Positions 55,535-64,000 of a stretch of 64,000 nucleotides of DNA are shown one piece after another. The position numbers were made by a program, and so were the translations under genes. Location of the stretch: IMG/VR virus record IMGVR_UViG_3300021432_000008, positions 12,941 through 76,940 of that record; one strand, 5' to 3'. Each line of letters opens with the position of its first letter. Positions within the stretch are counted from its first letter, which is position 1. The stretch comes from a virus. The notes under the pieces were generated by a model that did no database searches, was not told the origin of the DNA, and saw only the letters and a program-made list of their open reading frames with translations.

Positions 55535-57646
55535 TTATCCGAAGTCAACCGGCCATGCTTGCGTCTGTCCGAAGTCCACGACGAACGACTGGAACTGCCC
55601 ATAGTCCACGACGAAAACGAGCAGGGGCAGGACGGGTGGTGGTGGAACAGCCACGACCAGTCCGCGACCAACCATGACACGCGCGGTTTCCCGCCGAAGG
55701 GCGGCACGGACGGCAGAGGACAGGACAAGCGTTCTCGCCACGGCAGGCTGACCGCCCGCCCGCTTGATGGTGGGTACGAGCCGCGGGCGATAGGCACGAT
55801 CGGCTGCGGCACGGATGGACTGAAGAACGAGTAGAGACCGCCCCACGACGGCCGGACCGCCGGCTCGCTTGATGACGGGCGAGAGCGACGGGTGATAATG
55901 GCGATGGGCGGCGAGCTGTGCCGTTTTCTGGCCGACGAGGACCAGACCACCAACAGGCGCCGTGGACGCTGGTGGTGGCGGTGGCGCCTTGCTGATCAGC
56001 ACCGGACGGCGGATGGGACGAACTGCCGACTGAGCCCGAATGATGGTTGCGCGGGCAACAGGTCCGCTCGGGCCACTGCGCCGGATGATGGGCGGGAACG
56101 ACCGGCGGTAGAACCGGTCCGCTGCTGCCTGCGCGGTCCTGGCCCCGGCGATGAGCGACCGCGCCACGGATACCGACGAGCCGGCGCGACGGATGATGAC
56201 GGGCGTGAAGGTGCGCCGGTAAAGTCGATCCGCTGCCGCTTGCGACGCCCTCTGACCGGCGATGAACAGTACGCCAACGGGTGCCGTCGATACAGGTGGC
56301 GGCGGAGGCGCCTTGCTGACGAGGATGGGACGCCGGACGGGTCGCCACGCCGTGGGGGCCTGAACAACGACCGAGCGAGCCAGGGAGGCCGGCGGCCCGG
56401 CTCTCTTGATGATCGGCGGAAACGAACGGCGAGTGTAGCGATCCGCCGCGAGTTGAGCCGTCTTCGTCCCGGCAACGAGAACATGCGAGACCGATGGTTG
56501 CCCGCCGGCGCGCACGATGATGACGGGAGTATACGAGCGGCGGTAGTAGCCGCGCTCCGTCGCGGTCCTGATCGCAGTGCCGACTACCAGCAACCGCGAT
56601 ACCGACACCAGTGGCCCGACCGTGCGAATGATCGGCGGGAAGGAGCGGCGATAGAACCGATCGGCGGCAAGCTGACTCGTCTTCGCCCCGGCGAAGAGTA
56701 TGGCCGCCGTGGACGCTGGCGGACCGCCACGCCGGATAATCGGTGAAAAGGACCGGCGGAAGTAACGGTCGGAGGCAAGCTGGGCGGTCTTCTGACCGAC
56801 GATGGTACTGCTCGCCACCGAGGGTGGTGGCCCAGCGCCGCGGACGATCCTCGGAAACGAGCGACGATAGTAACGGTCGGCAGCAGCCTGTGCCGTCTTC
56901 TGGCCTGCGAGGACCAGCACGCCAACAGGCGTCGTCGATACCGGGGGCGGCGGAGGCGCCTTGCTGACGAGGATGGGACGCCGGACGGGTCGCCAGGCCC
57001 CAGAAGCCTGAACGATCGTTGCTCGCGCAACCGGGGCGCCCGCCCCCCTGGTCTTGATGATCGGCGGGAATGATCGACGATAAAAGCGATCCGCGGCGCT
57101 CTGACTCGTCTTCGCACCGAAGATGAACGACCGCGCCACGGGCGGAGGCGGGCCGCTGCGCCGGATGATCGGTGGGAAGGCGCGGCGGTAGTAGCGGTCC
57201 GCGGCAGCCTGTGTCGTTTTCTGACCGACAATGAGCGATTGCGCGACAGGTGCCGGTGGGCCGGCCGTGCGGATAATGGGTGGAAACGACCGGCGAAAGT
57301 ATCGATCGGCGGACGCCTGCGACGTCTTCTGTCCCGCGATGACGGTTCGCGCGACAGATGCCGGCGGGCCTCCACGTTTGATGATCGGCGGAAAGCTGCG
57401 CCGATAAAAGCGGTCGGCCGTCGCCTGGCTCGTCTTCTGGCCAGCAATAAACGATCGCGAGACAGACGGCGGCGAGCCGGGCCGCCTGATGATGACGGGA
57501 GTGAGCGACCGCCGAAAGTAGCGGTCGGCGGCTGCCTGCGATGTCTTCTGGCCGAATATCCGTACCACCGCCACGGAGCGCTGCGCTGGCAGCAGTCCCC
57601 GGAGGATGATGGGCGCATGCGGTTGTCTGCGCCCGAACACGGCCAT
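55535..57646 (-). CDS. highly basic tandem-repeat protein, 703 aa
   Basis: About 14 copies of GQKTSQAAADRFYRRSFPPIIRR..PP.SVAR plus 3 copies of WRPVRRPILVSKAPPPPP. Confidence 0.75.
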   Translation of the reverse strand: MAVFGRRQPHAPIILRGLLPAQRSVAVVRIFGQKTSQAAADRYFRRSLTPVIIRRPGSPPSVSRSFIAGQKTSQATADRFYRRSFPPIIKRGGPPASVARTVIAGQKTSQASADRYFRRSFPPIIRTAGPPAPVAQSLIVGQKTTQAAADRYYRRAFPPIIRRSGPPPPVARSFIFGAKTSQSAADRFYRRSFPPIIKTRGAGAPVARATIVQASGAWRPVRRPILVSKAPPPPPVSTTPVGVLVLAGQKTAQAAADRYYRRSFPRIVRGAGPPPSVASSTIVGQKTAQLASDRYFRRSFSPIIRRGGPPASTAAILFAGAKTSQLAADRFYRRSFPPIIRTVGPLVSVSRLLVVGTAIRTATERGYYRRSYTPVIIVRAGGQPSVSHVLVAGTKTAQLAADRYTRRSFPPIIKRAGPPASLARSVVVQAPTAWRPVRRPILVSKAPPPPPVSTAPVGVLFIAGQRASQAAADRLYRRTFTPVIIRRAGSSVSVARSLIAGARTAQAAADRFYRRSFPPIIRRSGPSGPVARATIIRAQSAVRPIRRPVLISKAPPPPPASTAPVGGLVLVGQKTAQLAAHRHYHPSLSPVIKRAGGPAVVGRSLLVLQSIRAAADRAYRPRLVPTIKRAGGQPAVARTLVLSSAVRAALRRETARVMVGRGLVVAVPPPPVLPLLVFVVDYGQFQSFVVDFGQTQAWPVDFG

Positions 57647-57667
57647 TGTTCACGACTCCCATATCGC

Positions 57668-57862
57668 TTACCCAGCCAGGATTCGCGTCGGTGCCCCAAC
57701 GGGCATGATGAGCGACGAACTGGATTCGTTGATTGCCTTCGCCGCGTCCAGCAGGACTCGGATCATGAGCTGCTTGTCCGCGCTGTCGCAGACGGACAGC
57801 GAGGTCTTGATCCCCAGCTTGCCGTCGGCTTCCCACTCGACCATGATTTTGCCCGTCTTCAT
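57668..57862 (-). CDS. hypothetical protein
   Basis: GGAGG RBS; 64 aa. Confidence 0.6.
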   Translation of the reverse strand: MKTGKIMVEWEADGKLGIKTSLSVCDSADKQLMIRVLLDAAKAINESSSSLIMPVGAPTRILAG

Positions 57863-58372
57863 TCAGCCTCCCTTACTGGTGCGAAATACCAGACTCAGCC
57901 TCTCGCCGGCTCCGGGGTCCGCGACGATCTGGTGATGGTGCGTTCGGTGGAATTCCCTGTCCCAGATGACCGCCGTCCCATTGACGCACTCGATGAAGCA
58001 CACGTCAATTTGGCTGCTGTACCCGCAAGGATTGGGTAAACCAGACTCGGCAACGCGATGGGTTCGCAGCGTCCTTGCCGCCCCCAGACTGAGGATGAAC
58101 CCTAATCCGGTCGATCCCTCGTCGGAGTGACAGGGCGTTATCGCGTTGCCATCGCGGTAGCACTGCAAGGCAACGCCCTCCCAGGCTTCCGGCGGCACGT
58201 CCGGGCAGACCGCCAGGGCAATCTCCTTGAAGTCCGCGGGAAGATACACCCCGCCCGAGAACAGCCACACGCTTGCCCGCCCGTCCACGTCGTAACGCGC
58301 ACGCTCGCGCAGCCTGTCCATGAGGGCAGGCGTTGCAAGATTCGGAAAGTGGCGGACGGCGAGCATGGACAC
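57863..58372 (-). CDS. AlkB-family 2OG-Fe(II) dioxygenase
   Basis: YRDG...HSD, LSLGAAR, HQI and RLSLVFR. Confidence 0.85.
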   Translation of the reverse strand: MSMLAVRHFPNLATPALMDRLRERARYDVDGRASVWLFSGGVYLPADFKEIALAVCPDVPPEAWEGVALQCYRDGNAITPCHSDEGSTGLGFILSLGAARTLRTHRVAESGLPNPCGYSSQIDVCFIECVNGTAVIWDREFHRTHHHQIVADPGAGERLSLVFRTSKGG

Positions 58373-58375
58373 GCC

Positions 58376-58888
58376 TCAAAATTCGACCGCGACATAACAG
58401 AAAGCATTGACCGTCGTGCCGAAGGTCATGCGGACACGCATGATCTTGTTCGACGCCGTACCGGGCACGAGCGGCCGATAGCCGAGCGGGAACTGCTCGA
58501 TGAACTGGTTCGTCGGCGCGATCAGCTGCGGGGCGGCCAGGTTGCGGACGGCTGCCACTGTGCCCTCGATGGTCGCCGTGTAGCCGGTCCCCGTGGTGGT
58601 CAGCGTGAAGAACGTGGCGTTGCTGTTGAACTGGATTGCCTCCGCATCGGTCTGCGTGATGTCCGCCGCAACATTGGCCGTCACCGTGGCCGCAACCGCG
58701 GCAGTTTCGATCAGCTCGATGACGCCCGGAGTCGCCGCAGCGCTGGCGTCAAAGCTACACCCCCACTCGACGATGCGCATGGGTATCAGGGGCAACACCT
58801 GGAGCATCGTCTTGATCGTTGCTCCGGTGGCGACCTTGGCAGGGGCGACCGTGGTCTGCATGGCGCCATTGTAAATGGAAAATTGCAT
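58376..58888 (-). CDS. putative structural protein
   Basis: Beta-rich 170 aa ending YVAVEF. Confidence 0.6.
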   Translation of the reverse strand: MQFSIYNGAMQTTVAPAKVATGATIKTMLQVLPLIPMRIVEWGCSFDASAAATPGVIELIETAAVAATVTANVAADITQTDAEAIQFNSNATFFTLTTTGTGYTATIEGTVAAVRNLAAPQLIAPTNQFIEQFPLGYRPLVPGTASNKIMRVRMTFGTTVNAFCYVAVEF

Positions 58889-58901
58889 GGTCCGTTGTCC
58901 C

Positions 58902-59801
58902 TCAAAAGAGTGATGCGTTCGATACCGACTGACCTACAAAAAGTGCCTTGCCGAATACTCCTCCTGCTGCCGGCGTGTACGTGAACACGATGATGCCGGC
59001 CCCGCCGACTCCCGCGCTGCTGGCCTGTGATCCACCTCCGCCGCCGCCGCCATAGGTGCCGCCGTTGGCACCGTTGGCTGTATTGGTCGTGCCACAACCG
59101 CCGCCACCACCACCCGACCCGTGCGTGCCGTCCCAGGTCGTATCGATACCGCCCGCGGCCGGGAACCCACCCGATACGTCCCTGCCGCCGCCACCTCCTC
59201 CACCGACAGTCCCCACGCTGGCTCCACTTCCTGTATCCCCAGCCCCGCTACCCGAGCCGCCTGTACCGTTCCCGCCCGCACCACCATTGGCAGCGAGGCC
59301 GGCGGCACCGACCGAGCTTGTGCCGCCGTTCGATCCGCCACCACCGCCGCCGCCACCTGAACCGGCAGCCCCGCCCGCCTTGCCTGCTCCCAGATGCCCA
59401 GCCGAACCGCCGCCGCCGCCGCCGATGTTTGCGGCGCCGTTGCCACCGGCACCTCCCGCGAAAGAGCCGTTGCCACCCGACCAGGCGCTATTCGGCGTAC
59501 AGTTCGCTACCACCCCGCCGGTCCCTCCCGTCGAAGTGGCACTGGTTACACCGAAGTCAGCGGCGACAATCGTCGTGCCTCCGTTCTTGGCGCTGGTGAC
59601 CGTCGTTCCGCCGCCAGCGCCATAAGCCATCGTCAGACTCGTATTCGCGGCCGTGTTGTTGTTCGTCACCTCGGCATAGGCCCCGCCGCCGCCGCCAGGG
59701 TTGCTTGCCGCCGACGAGCCGCTGCCGCCCGAGCCAAGAGCCTCGACGGTGTTGCTGGCCACATTCCAGTCAGAGGGAAGGCTGAAAGGCGTGCCGCTCA
59801 C
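58902..59801 (-). CDS. glycine-rich virion fibre protein
   Basis: GGGGGAY, YGGGGGG and GAGIIVFTY motifs; start uncertain. Confidence 0.75.
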   Translation of the reverse strand: MSGTPFSLPSDWNVASNTVEALGSGGSGSSAASNPGGGGGAYAEVTNNNTAANTSLTMAYGAGGGTTVTSAKNGGTTIVAADFGVTSATSTGGTGGVVANCTPNSAWSGGNGSFAGGAGGNGAANIGGGGGGSAGHLGAGKAGGAAGSGGGGGGGGSNGGTSSVGAAGLAANGGAGGNGTGGSGSGAGDTGSGASVGTVGGGGGGGRDVSGGFPAAGGIDTTWDGTHGSGGGGGGCGTTNTANGANGGTYGGGGGGGSQASSAGVGGAGIIVFTYTPAAGGVFGKALFVGQSVSNASLF

Positions 59802-59832
59802 CTTTATGACCTGCGTGACGATGCACCTCCCT

Positions 59833-60198
59833 TCACGGCAAAAGGCTCAGGTTGGAAGCCAGCTGCCCCACGACAGCCTTGTTGTTCGGGTCGCGATGAA
59901 GCCTGCAAAAAGGCGGGGGCTTGTCAATCGCGGGGTCAGCCGGCACGACCGCCACGACGAACCCGGCCGCATTGATGACGGCACAGCGGCTTGCTGTCGC
60001 CGGCCTGTTCAACTGGCGAGCGAGCAGCGACTCCGCTCCATACTGCCGACAGTCGGACGCCGACACGACCAGAACGGCCTCGCCTGGGCCGATGTTGGCC
60101 GTGTGCGATGGCGCCTGGCTGTCATCGCTGGGGTAGATGACAGAGCGGACGTTGCCCGAAGCAGGTGCATAGACAATGACGGCCTGGCTGTGTGGCAT
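59833..60198 (-). CDS. hypothetical protein, paralog of 60680-61282
   Basis: Shared VI.P..D, N..PGE.VL.V, RC.....G.V and DP.I motifs. Confidence 0.6.
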   Translation of the reverse strand: MPHSQAVIVYAPASGNVRSVIYPSDDSQAPSHTANIGPGEAVLVVSASDCRQYGAESLLARQLNRPATASRCAVINAAGFVVAVVPADPAIDKPPPFCRLHRDPNNKAVVGQLASNLSLLP

Positions 60199-60201
60199 AG
60201 A

Positions 60202-60768
60202 TCAACCTGCGCGGAAAAGGTTCAAAATTCCGTCACGAGGCGATGCGGTGGTAAACGTCAAGGGCACCGTGGCGCTGGCTGTCGCGGCAGCGCTCAACGT
60301 GATCGCGGTCGCGCTATTGATCGCGGTGATCGTCGCCCCGGCAGGGATGCCCGCCCCGCTCACGCCCATGCCCACCGACAGCAGGGCCGTGCTCGACAGC
60401 GCCGTAACTGATGTAGTGGTATTGGTGGTGCCAGTTATGATCGTCGATCCGGTGAAGAACACGTCCAGTGCCAGGAGCAAAGCCGCCCCGTTGACGAGGT
60501 TGTTGGCAGCCATGTCGCACTGGAGACCTGCCAGCCCAGCCACCCGCGTATCGATGACGTGAGCATTGTTGGGCGAGCCGTCTGCCGTGAACAGCGACCC
60601 ATCAGCATTCACGAGACAGGTCGCCATCGCATTCCACAGCGTCGAATAGCCGATGGCGTTGTACTGCTTGAGGAAGTTGTCAACGGTCGCCCTGGCCTGC
60701 TGCAACTGCTGCATAATGGTATTCAGGTCGTTCGCCCCGTTGATCGCCTGGGACTGCGGAGTCGCCAT
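60202..60768 (-). CDS. virion protein with a fibre-like beta module
   Basis: LSVGMGVSGAGIPAGATITAI...ITLSAAATAS. Confidence 0.65.
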   Translation of the reverse strand: MATPQSQAINGANDLNTIMQQLQQARATVDNFLKQYNAIGYSTLWNAMATCLVNADGSLFTADGSPNNAHVIDTRVAGLAGLQCDMAANNLVNGAALLLALDVFFTGSTIITGTTNTTTSVTALSSTALLSVGMGVSGAGIPAGATITAINSATAITLSAAATASATVPLTFTTASPRDGILNLFRAG

Positions 60769-61282
60769 CGTAGATGTCTCCTTCTTTCAACGTCTCACTC
60801 AACACCAGCCGTCCGTCGGGATGCCAGCAGATTTCGGGGTCGCCCCGCGTCGTGGCGATGACCACGCCGGCATCGTCCACCAGCACGCAACGGTCGGACT
60901 TCATCGACTTACCGAGGTGCTGGGACACCAGGATGTCCGGCACCTGCGAGGGGCACTGTCCATCGGCCCAGAGATCGGCCGCGAGCGAGTCGTACTCCTT
61001 GATGCCGACGATCAGCACGCCCTCGCCTGGGAGGACGTTGCCGATGGCCGGGACGTGGCTGCGTGGGCAGGGCTTGTGCGGCGCCCGCAGCCTCAACCAC
61101 CCGGTAGGTACGTGGACGAAGACGTGCTTGCCGCCGACCTTCACCCGCTGGTGGAGCGGAGTCGTATGCAGGTGGATGCGCACGGCGTCCCAATCGTCGG
61201 GGTCATCCGCGGTGGGACGGATGACGGCGCGGTGACGGACTTGGTTGGGGCTGAAGGTAATAACGAGGTCGCGCTTGCTCAT
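60680..61282 (-). CDS. hypothetical protein
   Basis: GAGGAGG RBS; starts MSKRDLV. Confidence 0.55.
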   Translation of the reverse strand: MSKRDLVITFSPNQVRHRAVIRPTADDPDDWDAVRIHLHTTPLHQRVKVGGKHVFVHVPTGWLRLRAPHKPCPRSHVPAIGNVLPGEGVLIVGIKEYDSLAADLWADGQCPSQVPDILVSQHLGKSMKSDRCVLVDDAGVVIATTRGDPEICWHPDGRLVLSETLKEGDIYDGDSAVPGDQRGERPEYHYAAVAAGQGDR

Positions 61283-61755
61283 CAATCGCCTCCTCTGGGC
61301 ATCTTCAACTTCTCCGCCTTGATCCTCCGCAGAGCGAACCACGTCCCTGCCCCTGAAGCGCCCTGCCAGCCTCCGCGGTGGTCGCTGTGCAGGCGGACGC
61401 GGATCGGCTGTCCGAACGGTCTGGTGTCCCACAGCCACTCATCGAAGACCAGCGTGTTGCCCTCTTCCATCCGCCACTTGCCGACGAAGTGCAAGTGGCC
61501 GTAGCGGCATCGATACTGTCCCCCCGGCAGGAAGTGCGCGAGGGAATCAGTCGATGCGTCCACCCACTCCAGCGCGAACGTGCCGCCGGTGAAGGGGCGC
61601 GATAGCGGCAGAGGGGCGCCATTCACCTTGGCACGCAACCCGAACTCCACGATGGCGAGGACGGCAAGCACCGATAGCAGCGCGATGAACAGAATGGCGA
61701 AAAGATCGCTGCCCGTGCCGCCTGGATTGCCGAGATCGTCATCGTGGTTGCTCAC
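61282..61755 (-). CDS. membrane-anchored protein
   Basis: N-terminal transmembrane segment LFAILFIALLSVLAVLAIV. Confidence 0.6.
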   Translation of the reverse strand: MSNHDDDLGNPGGTGSDLFAILFIALLSVLAVLAIVEFGLRAKVNGAPLPLSRPFTGGTFALEWVDASTDSLAHFLPGGQYRCRYGHLHFVGKWRMEEGNTLVFDEWLWDTRPFGQPIRVRLHSDHRGGWQGASGAGTWFALRRIKAEKLKMPRGGD

Positions 61756-61758
61756 AGG

Positions 61759-61986
61759 TCAGTCCCCCATCGCACACACGTTTTCGGTAAGACGCTTGGC
61801 CCATGCGTTCACGTCTTCGTTCTTCCGTGCCTCGCAACTTTCAACGGCACGCTTGGCGAGAGCGAGCACTTCCGGCGACGGTGGTGGCAACGTGCCGTCC
61901 AGCATGCTCCCCGCGAATGCAACCGCCTCTTCGCACGCGGCGCGGAAAGCAGCAACGTCCCATTCGTCGTCGTCGTGTTCGCTCAT
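61759..61986 (-). CDS. hypothetical protein
   Basis: Starts MSEHDDDE; coupled to neighbours. Confidence 0.55.
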   Translation of the reverse strand: MSEHDDDEWDVAAFRAACEEAVAFAGSMLDGTLPPPSPEVLALAKRAVESCEARKNEDVNAWAKRLTENVCAMGD

Positions 61987-62147
61987 CGCTCTTCCTCGGG
62001 AACGTGCCGGAGGTCCGGCCTTACATGATCGATGGCGTCGTACCCGCAGTCGTTGCACTCCCAGCCCGTGTCCAGTTCGCCTAGACACTGCGGGCAGACG
62101 TCGTCCTTGGCGAGAGCTTCGCGGAACTCGGCATCGTGGTTGCTCAT
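61983..62147 (-). CDS. 54-aa zinc-ribbon protein (below the ORF-track size cutoff)
   Basis: MSNHDAEF...CPQCLGELDTGWECNDCGY; GAGGG RBS. Confidence 0.6.
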   Translation of the reverse strand: MSNHDAEFREALAKDDVCPQCLGELDTGWECNDCGYDAIDHVRPDLRHVPEEER

Positions 62148-62204
62148 CTGTCATCCCTCTCAGTCGAGCGTGATCCAAACCAACTTCGCGAGTCGGCGGG
62201 ACCT

Positions 62205-62894
62205 TCAGCCCTTCTTCTCGCAGGCGTTCTTCGCCGGCTTCTGCGCCGGCGTCGGGTACTGCGTCGGTCCCAAAGCATCGCTACGCGGATTGCTGTGCTG
62301 TACCGGCGTCGGCACGTCCTCCGGCGGCAGCGACATGCGTTCGATGGCCACTCCGCTGGGAGTGTTCGTCAACGGCGCGTGGTGGTGAACGTCGAACCGC
62401 TTGCCTCCCGCGACGTGCGACCGCAGCAGCTCCGCCGCAAGCTCGGCCTGTGCCTTGCGGTCCTCCTCGGCGTAGCGTGCCACGACAGCGAGAACCTTGT
62501 CGCGCACCTGCTGCTTGTCGCTCTTGGAAAGCTGAGGCATGAGGTCAACGAGATCGGAGCCGGCAAAGGTTTTCGCCGCGACCAGGCATTGTCGCTTGAA
62601 CAGCTTGCCGTACCTCCATGCCCTGTGCCTTTGCGTCTCGATCACCGCCCCGGTGTACTTCAGGTGATGCCCTCCCTCGATCGTCGTTGTGCCGGTCGGA
62701 CGGCTGGCGTCCATCAGCTTCAACAAGTCGCTGGCAATCGCTGTCGGCGGACGCGATCGCAGCAGACGGCGCCCGGCGAACCACACAAGGACGAGGGCCG
62801 CACCTCCGAGCAGCAATCCGCGCTCCAGCGTCGTGCCGTCCGCCACGGTGCGGAACCAGCCGATCGCGGTTGTGAGATACGTGAGGTAGTCCAT
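62205..62894 (-). CDS. membrane-anchored hypothetical protein
   Basis: Transmembrane segment GLLLGGAALVLVWFAG. Confidence 0.6.
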   Translation of the reverse strand: MDYLTYLTTAIGWFRTVADGTTLERGLLLGGAALVLVWFAGRRLLRSRPPTAIASDLLKLMDASRPTGTTTIEGGHHLKYTGAVIETQRHRAWRYGKLFKRQCLVAAKTFAGSDLVDLMPQLSKSDKQQVRDKVLAVVARYAEEDRKAQAELAAELLRSHVAGGKRFDVHHHAPLTNTPSGVAIERMSLPPEDVPTPVQHSNPRSDALGPTQYPTPAQKPAKNACEKKG

Positions 62895-62898
62895 CGGC

Positions 62899-63096
62899 TC
62901 ATCCTCTAGGGCAACCGTTGTTCTGTTTCCATCCCCAGACTTCAAACGCGCGATCCCATTTCTCCACCAGCCTCCTGGCCTCGACATAGGGAGAGTTGGG
63001 GTATTCCGGCGACGCCATTGCCGCAAATGGTCGCAGGGCATTGACCAGTTCGATCAGACTCGCTTGCTGTATGTCCTCAAGCGGTCCCATCGTCAT
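62899..63096 (-). CDS. hypothetical protein
   Basis: ATGA coupling. Confidence 0.5.
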   Translation of the reverse strand: MTMGPLEDIQQASLIELVNALRPFAAMASPEYPNSPYVEARRLVEKWDRAFEVWGWKQNNGCPRG

Positions 63097-63278
63097 TTCT
63101 CCTGCGGGCGATTATCGTTGCCGCCCTTGTCCAACTCAGGGCACGTCCGCAGCCAGTCGCGGTGCAGGTCAGCCAGCGTTGCCCGCGTGAACTCCGACAG
63201 GTTCTCGCTCTTGGCCATCGCATCCAGTGCCTCGGCGGTGGCGAGGACCAGAGGCTTGAGCTTGGCTGGGATCTTCAT
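63093..63278 (-). CDS. hypothetical protein
   Basis: 61 aa with RBS. Confidence 0.5.
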   Translation of the reverse strand: MKIPAKLKPLVLATAEALDAMAKSENLSEFTRATLADLHRDWLRTCPELDKGGNDNRPQEK

Positions 63279-63288
63279 GGGGGCGCCC

Positions 63289-63744
63289 TCAGTGCGTTGT
63301 GGGGGTTCCGGGCGCGGGCACGACCCCGCCGACCGGGCTGGCGACGATCGTCATGGGCCAGGTGACCTTGAACGGCGATCCCACCGGCGCGTTGGCCGGG
63401 TCGTTCCACGTCACGGTGAAGAGCACGTTTGCGGTCGCGCCGATGGCCGGGGCCGGCGACGACGCCGCGTGGATCTGGTTCGTGACGCCCTTCGGCGGCG
63501 TGGCGAGCGGATCGACCGTCACGACGGCTGTATTGTCGCTGGAGATGGCGGTGATCGTCGCCAGCGTGGAAATGTCCACCTTGTTGCCGGCGCCGTCAAT
63601 GCCCATGATCGTGAACGGCTGATCGACGTTGTCGGGCAGGTCGAACGTGTTGAACGTCGCCGCCGGCTTCGCAATAGCCGCCTGGCTGGCGGACGGCAGC
63701 CGCGAGGTCATCTGAATATGGATCGGACTCTTGGCCTTTGACAT
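63289..63744 (-). CDS. Ig-like beta-sandwich protein
   Basis: SSDNTAVVTV and GATANVLFTVTW; GAGGAG RBS. Confidence 0.6.
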   Translation of the reverse strand: MSKAKSPIHIQMTSRLPSASQAAIAKPAATFNTFDLPDNVDQPFTIMGIDGAGNKVDISTLATITAISSDNTAVVTVDPLATPPKGVTNQIHAASSPAPAIGATANVLFTVTWNDPANAPVGSPFKVTWPMTIVASPVGGVVPAPGTPTTH

Positions 63745-63770
63745 CGGGAATCTCCTCGTGTTGAGCGCTG

Positions 63771-63977
63771 TTAGTGGGTTGATGGTTTACCGGGGACCGG
63801 AGTGACCCCCGTCACGGTCGGCGGAGCGGACAGGGCAACGGCGATCTTCTCCAGAGCGACGGCGATTCGCAGAACGGTTGCGTTGAGCGTCTGCAACTCC
63901 GACAGCAGCGTATCCGATGGCCTGGTCGCGTCGGTCAGGCTCTCAAGGATGGCTGCGAGGCGCTCTTGAGCGGTCAT
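63771..63977 (-). CDS. small helical protein
   Basis: LRIAVALEKIA; C-terminus resembles that of the adjacent gene at 63289-63744. Confidence 0.55.
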   Translation of the reverse strand: MTAQERLAAILESLTDATRPSDTLLSELQTLNATVLRIAVALEKIAVALSAPPTVTGVTPVPGKPSTH

Positions 63978-64000
63978 GATGCCCCCTTGGACACTGTTGT

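Larger units (their letters stand above)
1..64000. mobile_element. temperate tailed phage / prophage, probable Gemmataceae (Planctomycetota) host
   Basis: terS, terL, portal, protease, major capsid, tail genes, integrase and excisionase are present; no host housekeeping genes seen. Confidence 0.95.

Noticed and set aside
55535-57646. Second CRISPR array or DGR template/variable repeats
   Set aside because: The repeats are in-frame and degenerate with no spacers, and no reverse transcriptase is present.
1-64000. Lysis and DNA replication modules
   Set aside because: No endolysin, polymerase, primase or intact helicase was recognisable; they presumably lie outside the window.

Overview
This window is part of a temperate, GC-rich tailed phage or prophage, most likely infecting a Planctomycetota (Gemmataceae-like) host. 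Host evidence is a TIGR02996 protein, an MTE.EW...HVRGCW family protein and a planctomycete-type ClpC N-terminal domain. From right to left on the minus strand it carries: small accessory genes; a block of virion-fibre, esterase and AlkB genes upstream of the terminase; terS and terL; a Mu gp29-type portal fused to a metallopeptidase; large polyvalent (probably ejected) proteins including a DarB-like remnant; protease/scaffold; capsid genes interrupted by two antisense HNH genes; connector; tail tube; G/GT chaperones with a GGGGGAA frameshift site; tail proteins; a GH130-like/GT8-like fusion; and a tyrosine integrase. An excisionase and a divergent HTH/RHH switch lie near the left end. The most striking feature is at 35-2177: a minimal CRISPR operon with a sigma70 promoter, a 384-aa Cas12f/TnpB-derived protein whose RuvC catalytic residues are lost and which ends before the zinc finger and RuvC-III, a 119-aa unknown partner gene, a structured leader, and a 37-bp-repeat array. 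One spacer reads as the catalytic RHTF motif of a foreign tyrosine integrase. I infer a phage-encoded, nuclease-dead, RNA-guided DNA-binding system aimed at competing mobile elements. All family calls come from motif recognition by eye; no searches were run.
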